This document shows positions 31,216 through 37,670 of a DNA stretch of 37,670 bases, in pieces. Source of the stretch: an uncultured Verrucomicrobiae bacterium (lineage in GTDB: Bacteria > Verrucomicrobiota > Verrucomicrobiia > Limisphaerales > JAFGQR01); assembly GCA_963788655.1 (NCBI GenBank), contig CAWBHS010000096.1, forward strand, positions 1-37,670, written 5' to 3'. A program made the position numbers and the translations under genes. Each line of letters starts with the position of its first letter. Position 1 is the first letter of the stretch. The notes beneath the pieces are model-generated. The model did no database searches. It was not told where the DNA came from and worked only from the letters and a program-made list of their open reading frames with translations.

Positions 31216-34200
31216 ATGACGCTTGCTCAAATCCGGATTCCTGCTCGCGGCGACGTCGTGCGCCATATCCTTGGCTGGGCCGGCGCGGTGGCACTGGCCG
31301 GCAGTGGCATGAACGCGGCCGAGACCCCGCCGGAGCCTTCTCTCACCCCGACCGCGCACCGGGAACTGCTTCTCAGCGGTGACGACTGGCAACTTGTCTC
31401 GTCCACGCCGGGACAAGGCTCGTCACGTCGGGCTTTTGCGGCAGGTTATCCCGATGCTGATGCCATCAGCGCGATTGTGCCGGGTGACATTCATTGGGAC
31501 TTGGAGCGGTCGGGAAAAGTGCCCCCGATCTTTTGCGGAACCAACAGCCAGCTCATCGGCTGGGTGGCGGGCAAAGAATGGTGGTACCGGAAGCAATTTG
31601 TTACTCCCGCCGGTTGGAAGGGAAAGCGTGTCGCCCTCCGCTTCGAGGGGGTTGATTATCTGGCCGAAGTTTGGTTGAACGGGCAGCCTCTGGGACAGTC
31701 ACGAGGGTCAGTTCACTCCGTTTGAATTCGAGGTGGCCGAAGTCCTGCACCCCGGAGAAACCAATGTGTTGACGGTGCTCATTCATCCGGCGCCGGCGCT
31801 CGTGCGTGACGCCATTGCCCGCGGCGCCGGCGAATGGCCCGTCATGACGGCGATGCGCCAAGCGTATCCGCGGTGGAAATGCCCGACCAATGCCGGTTGG
31901 GATTGGGGCGCCAAAATCATCACCATGGGCATCTGGAAAGAGGTCAAGTTGATCGCATCCGATGGCGTGCGGCTCTCGAACCTGATCGTGCAACCCAGCC
32001 TTTCCGCTCCCTATGACCGCGCCCGGTTGCACACTCAAATGGAGATCAGCAGCTCAGCACACACGCCGATTGAACTTGTCGCTCAAGTTCACTGCCTGAC
32101 CGTGCCGGATTCGCCAATCGTCGCGACGCAGGTCGTCAACATGGCCTCCACGGAACACCGCGCCACCATGAGTGTAGCGGTGCCCCACCCGCGCTTGTGG
32201 TGGCCCAACGGCTATGGCCAGCAACACCTCTACCAACTCACGGTTACCGCGCGTCCCCTCGGAGGCGACCGGGAACTCGACCGGATCGCCACCACCTTCG
32301 GCATTCGTGACCTGCAAATGTTGCCCAATCCCGAGTCACCGGACAATCAAGTCTATATCGACTACACCACCGATCGCGCTGTCTCTCACAAACTGCCTCA
32401 ACCGCCGCCCGAACGGCGCTACCTGATCCAGATCAACGGACGCCGTATTTTCGGCCGGGGCGGCAACTGGATTCCTTGCGACCTGCTCTATGGCCGGCCC
32501 CGCGGTGCGTTTTACGAGCGCCTCATTCGGCAGGCGGCGCAGGCCAACTTCAATCTCTTCCGCATGTGGGGCGGTGGTTTGATCGAGAAGCCGGAGTTTT
32601 ACGAACTCTGTGATCGCTATGGCATCATGCTGTTCCAGGAATTCCCCAATGCCGGAGCGCGGTTGCCGGAAACCGACGAAGCCCTGGCCATTGCGGCGGA
32701 GGAAACCCGGCAGATTCTCCCGCTCCTGATCAATCATCCCTGCATCGTCCGTTACGGCGGCGGCAACGAGTGGTACCGCAATGCCGAGAACAGCCGGCAA
32801 ATGGCCCAACTCCGGCGCATCTGCCACGAACTGGATCCAACCCGACCCTTCCATGATCCCGACCCGGAATGCATCGCGCAACGTCATGGGCCACACGGCT
32901 ACGACTGGGCGCAACATTACCGGACCTACAATACCGGCTATCCCTTGACTGCCGGGCCCGACAATCCGCTCGAATGGACGGAATACGGTGCCTCGGGGGC
33001 CGCGTCGGTCGAAACTCTACGCCAGATCATTCCCACCGAACATCTCTGGCCCATTCAACCGTCCGATCCCTACTGGGGCTGGCACAAGGCATTCGGCGCT
33101 TATGGAGCGGACAACTGGATGGCCTCCGCGCAGTATCATCATCTGTTCGGCGATTTGCCGGACTTGGAAACAACCGTGCGTTGCAGCCAGTTCGTCCAGG
33201 CTGAAGCGTTGCGCTACGCCGACCAGGCCATGCGCCGGTTCCAATGGCACCGCAGCGCCTGTGCGTCGTGGACGTATAACGAACCTTGGCCCAATGCTGC
33301 TCATGGCTGCATCGTCGAATTCTACGGCCGGCCCAAGATGGCTTACTATTACACCGGCAATGCGTATGCACCGGTGGACGTAAGCGCGGAATACGATTCG
33401 TTGCTCTGTCAGACGGAAGTTCCTTTTCCGTTAAAACTATTTGTGACCAGCACGCGCGCGGACCGGCTTCAAGGCTGCCAGTTCATTGCCCAGGCTGTGG
33501 ACGTCCAAGGCCGGGAATACGCAAAAACGAACTGGACGCTGGCGGTTGTGCCAGACGCAACACTGCCTGTAGGAACGTGGAACCTGAATGTGCCCGCCGA
33601 GGCAAAGAACAGCGTCGTTCTGGTCCAATTGCGTCTGCTCAATACCAAAGACTCCGAGTTGGCCGCCCAGACCTACACTTTTGGCGTCGTGGGCCATGAG
33701 TCCCCTAACCAAGCTGATCCACTCAAAGTCCCCACTCTCTCCGCTGATGGTCGTCGCAATCTGGCGCTGCGGCCGGGCGCCAAGGCGGCGGCTTCGTCGG
33801 TCATTGCGGGTTACGCCATCCATCAAATCGCCCATCTCAACGACGGTTGGTACGGCAACAGCGCCAGTTGGATTGCGGGTGAATCTCCCGCGTGGGCGGA
33901 GATCGATCTGGGTACCAACGCGCTCATTTCCCGGGTGTGCGTCGGCAATGATCACACGCGCAAGTTCACCGATCGCGGGACGGCGGAGTTTCGGATTCTT
34001 GTGGCCACGCAACGGAGCGAGCATTCCAATGCCGCCTCATGGAAAACGGTTGCGCATTACCAAGGCGACCCGCTCCAAGGAACCAAGGTTTTCGATCTTG
34101 ATCCTGTCGAAGCGCGTTGGATTCGGATCGACATCATCAAAGGTACGGAGGCGCGAATTGATGAAATTGAAGTGTACGCCGCCGAGCCATTTACTGGCGA

Positions 34201-37200
34201 CCGCGCCGTGGCGGAAGCGGCCGCCGTGCGTGGACCGGCTCCGGCACCTTCACCCAGTGCCCAACACGCTGGTTATCTGCGCCCCCTTTTGACGGCTCCG
34301 ACCACCGGCCTTGAGCTTTCGCTCGACGATGGAAAACCCGTGTCCCGATATGGCTCGGCGTCACGCGTGTTCAAAGCCAAAATTCGTAACCGCAGCGCTG
34401 TTCCGGCCCTGTTCGTGGCGCTCGACCTAGATCCGGTGGATGGCGTTGAAGGCCAGTTGAGTGACAATTATTTCACCCTGCTGGGAAACGCGGCGAAGAC
34501 GGTGGAGATTATGCTCATCGGTTCGCCACCAACTACAGGAAATCCCGCGCGCTTGCGCTTGCGCGCCAGAGCCTGGAATTCGGCCGAAGTTTCCCAAATG
34601 GTAGTTGCCACCGTTCCGCCACCGGCGGAGCCGGCAATTCCGTATGGCGTGGCCACCAATGTTTGGCCGGAGCCGTTTGGAAACCATCGCGCCCGCATTC
34701 GCGTCGATCACCCGGCCGACGCCGTTTGGGTCCATCTGCCGTGGCGGCGACGCGACTTGGATCCGGAAAAGAAGAATGTGGTGGTAGTGGACTTAACGAC
34801 AGGGCAGACCATCACAAACGTTGTGTGCGCCCAGATACACCGCGAATTTGGCGACTTGGTTTTTCAGCCGGTGACGGTGCCGGGCGAGTATGGAGTTTAT
34901 TACTTGCCCTGCAAATACACCGGTTCCAGTTACTTCCCCAATACCGTTTATGATGCGCCGGTGGAAACCGCCGATGCGGCGTGGAAAGAGCGTTGGGAAC
35001 TGACTCCAGCCGGTTTGGCCGCCGGGCACTGGCAACGACTTCCCCGCGCCCACGTGCTCCAATTCGAAGCCCGCAGCGAATTCCATCGCTTCGATCCCAT
35101 GGAAGTCATTGCCACGCCGGATGAAATCCAATCGCTCCTGGCACAACATTCGGAGCGAGATTATCTCCTGTTTCCTGAAGACCGCCGATTTCCGATCCGC
35201 ATGACCGATGACATACCGCTTCGCTGGGTGACCAACCGGCTGACCGGTTCGTTTGCCGGCAACGTCCGGCCCGGCGAGTTCTACACGTTCCAGGTTGGGC
35301 TTTATGCCGCCCGCCGTTCGGTGAAGAATGTTCGCGTCACTTTCAACGATTTGGTTTCCGCTGACGCAAAGATGATTTCCGCCTCCGCGCTACGGTGTTT
35401 CAACCTTGGCGGAACCAACTGGCTGGGACGCCCATTCACCAAGCAGGTCAACGTTCCGCAGGGGAAAGTCCAGGCGCTCTGGTTTGGGGTGCAGATACCG
35501 CCCAAAGCATCCGGATTATACACCGGTATGGTGCGCTTGAGCGCTGACGAACTGGTGGAAATGGACCTCAAGCTTCAACTCACCATCGAAGGGAAACCGC
35601 TCGCCGACGCCGGCGACAGCGAGTTGTGGCGACAGTCACGGTTGCGATGGCTCGATTCGACCATTGGGCTGGATGACGACGTGGTTTCGCCTTATGCGCC
35701 TGTGAAGATCAACGGTCGAACTCTCACCGTGATGGGCCGCAACGTGACGTTGGCAGACACCGGGTTGCCCTCCGTCCTCTCGAGCACTTTCACGGAGGCG
35801 GTGGACAGTATCGAGGGAGCGGAACGGCTGATTCTGGCCCGGCCAATGGCGTTTGTGGTGGCAACACCGGACGGCGCGGTCGCTTGGCAGGGCGGCAGCC
35901 CGCGCATCACCGCACGTCACCCCGGTTCGGTGAGTTGGGAATCGGAAAGTGCCGGAGCGGATCTGAAAATGCGGTGCCAGGGAAAGCTGGATTGCGACGG
36001 CTATATCAATTACACGGTCACGCTCCGCGCCCGGCGGGAAACCGATGTCAACGATGTGCGGCTGGAAATTCCGTTCCGGAGCGAGGTGGCAAAATACATG
36101 ATGGGCCTCGGGTGCAAAGGTGGTAAACGCCCAAGCGCGTGGCAGTGGAAGTGGGATATCAATCGCGCCAACAACGTCGTGTGGCTCGGTGACGTCAATG
36201 CCGGATTGCACTGCAAACTCAAAGGCGCTGGAGGATGTGTGGGAATTGTACAATTTGAAATCCTCCGGGGTGCCGGATAGCTGGAGCAACGGCGGTCAAG
36301 GCGGTTGCTCGCTCAAGGAAGAATCGCCGGAGGTCGTGCTTCTGCGGGCTTACACGCGGACCCCGCCGGCTTCAGCCAGACCAGGAATTGACGTTTCGTT
36401 TCGGGCTGATGGTCACACCGGTGAAGTCGCTCAATCCGGCGCATTGGAATTGGCGTTACTGGCACGCCTACTCGCCGGTGGAAGAAGTGGCCCGCAACGG
36501 AGCCAAGATCATCAACCTTCATCACGCCAACGAGTTGAATCCGTATATCAATTACCCGTTCCTGGCCCTCAACAAGCTCAAGCCCTACGTGGAAGCAGCG
36601 CATCGCCTGGGCATCAAGGTCAAGCTTTACTACACCATTCGCGAGTTGAGCAATCACGCGGTTGAACTGTGGGCGCTGCGCAGCCTGGGTGACGAAGTGT
36701 ATCGAGATGGACCGGGCTTCCGCCTGGCCGACCAGTTTGTCTCGCAATCCGCCGACCAAGGAGATCATACCACCGGCAACGCCTGGCTCTGCGAACATTT
36801 GATCACCGATTATGTGCCTGCCTGGCACCATCGATTCGGCCCGGGCGACTGGGACGCCGCGATTGCGACCACCGGCCTGTCGCGCTGGCACAATTACTAT
36901 CTCGAGGGTATGGCCTGGCTCATCAACTCGGTGGGCGTGGATGGCATTTACCTGGACGGCATCGGTTACGACCGCGAAATCATGAAGCGCCTGCGCAAAG
37001 TGATGAACCGGGCCCGGCCCGGTTGCCTGATCGACTTCCACTGCGGCAACCATTACTTACCGCAATACGGGCTGAACAACATTGCCAACCAGCACCTCGA
37101 ACATCTGCCTTACATTGACAGCCTTTGGCTGGGCGAAGGCTTCAACTACAACGAGAGTCCCGAATACTGGCTGGTGGAGTTGTCAGGAATTCCCTTTGGC

Positions 37201-37635
37201 TTGTTCGGGGAAATGTTGGGCGTCGGCAATCCCTGGCGCGGCATGCTCTATGGCCAAAGCAATCGGCTGCCTTATGGCGGAGGCGATCCGCGTCATCTTT
37301 GGAAAGTCTGGGACCAGTTTGGGATCCAAGACGCCCACATGCTGGGTTATTGGACAACGGCTTGCCCCGTCAAAACGGATCGCGCGGATGTGCTGGCTAC
37401 CGCTTACGTTAAACCGGGAAAAATGTTGATTGCCCTCGCCAGTTGGGCGAAGGAGACAACAGCGGTTCATCTGCGTTATGATTGGTCGGCATTGGGATTG
37501 GATCCGAGTCGCGCCAGCCTGCGCGCTCCGGCTATCCCAGGTTTCCAGGAGGAACGCGAATTCAAATCCGATGCGGCAATCGCGGTGCCGCCCGGACGCG
37601 GTTGGTTGATCCTTCTCCAGGAACAATCGGAATAA
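31216..37635 (+). CDS. Giant (about 2100 aa) secreted fusion: GH2 + F5/8-type-C module + DUF6067 (GH123-related) domain; frameshifts near 31697, 36224 and 36357
   Basis: The GH2 part has LRFEGVDY, AGWDWG, LWWPNGYG, FRMWGGG, YGGGNE and TEYG. The discoidin module is at 33758-34177. From about 34640, GNHRARIRV...HLPWRRRD, HHANELNPYINYPF, KLYYTIRELSN, DGIYLDG and DSLWLGEG match the DUF6067 pattern. Confidence 0.78.
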
Positions 37636-37670
37636 GACGTCAGGATTCCGCCGATCAAGCCAGCACGTCC

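Noticed and set aside
662..36400. Programmed frameshifting or phase variation as the cause of the split ORFs
   Set aside because: The breaks are numerous, go in both directions and lack long simple repeats or a shared slippery motif; sequencing error is the simpler explanation.

Overview
GC-rich bacterial DNA (roughly 60% GC by eye; gene content fits Verrucomicrobia/Planctomycetes, inference only) that is almost entirely one carbohydrate-utilisation locus. Left arm (1-12333): sugar and sugar-acid catabolism and uptake genes, namely a KDPG/KHG-type aldolase, an FGGY kinase, an AhpD/CMD protein, an FAH-family protein, a secreted Asp-box/CBM-like protein, a D-2-hydroxyacid dehydrogenase, two SDRs, an MFS sugar porter, a Tat-exported DUF6786-like protein and a cyclase-family hydrolase. 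Centre: a GntR/FCD regulator flanked by two copies of an 18-bp palindrome, TAAAGTGTG(C/T)ACACTTTA. Right arm (13164-37635): a ~24.5-kb co-directional run of very large, mostly signal-peptide-bearing multidomain proteins: a GH-D-like/GH5-like fusion, two tandem GH2 paralogues, a LamG + GH36-like protein, an HzsA-related protein with two CxxCH haem motifs, and a GH2 + DUF6067 fusion. Five of these six proteins carry the same subtype of F5/8-type-C (discoidin/CBM32-like) module; one copy is inserted inside a barrel and one is circularly permuted. About 20 single-base frameshifts split nine genes; these are most likely long-read consensus errors, so genes are reported as reconstructed CDSs. No rRNA, tRNA, CRISPR array or IS element was recognised. 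Family calls are from motif recognition only; no database search was run.
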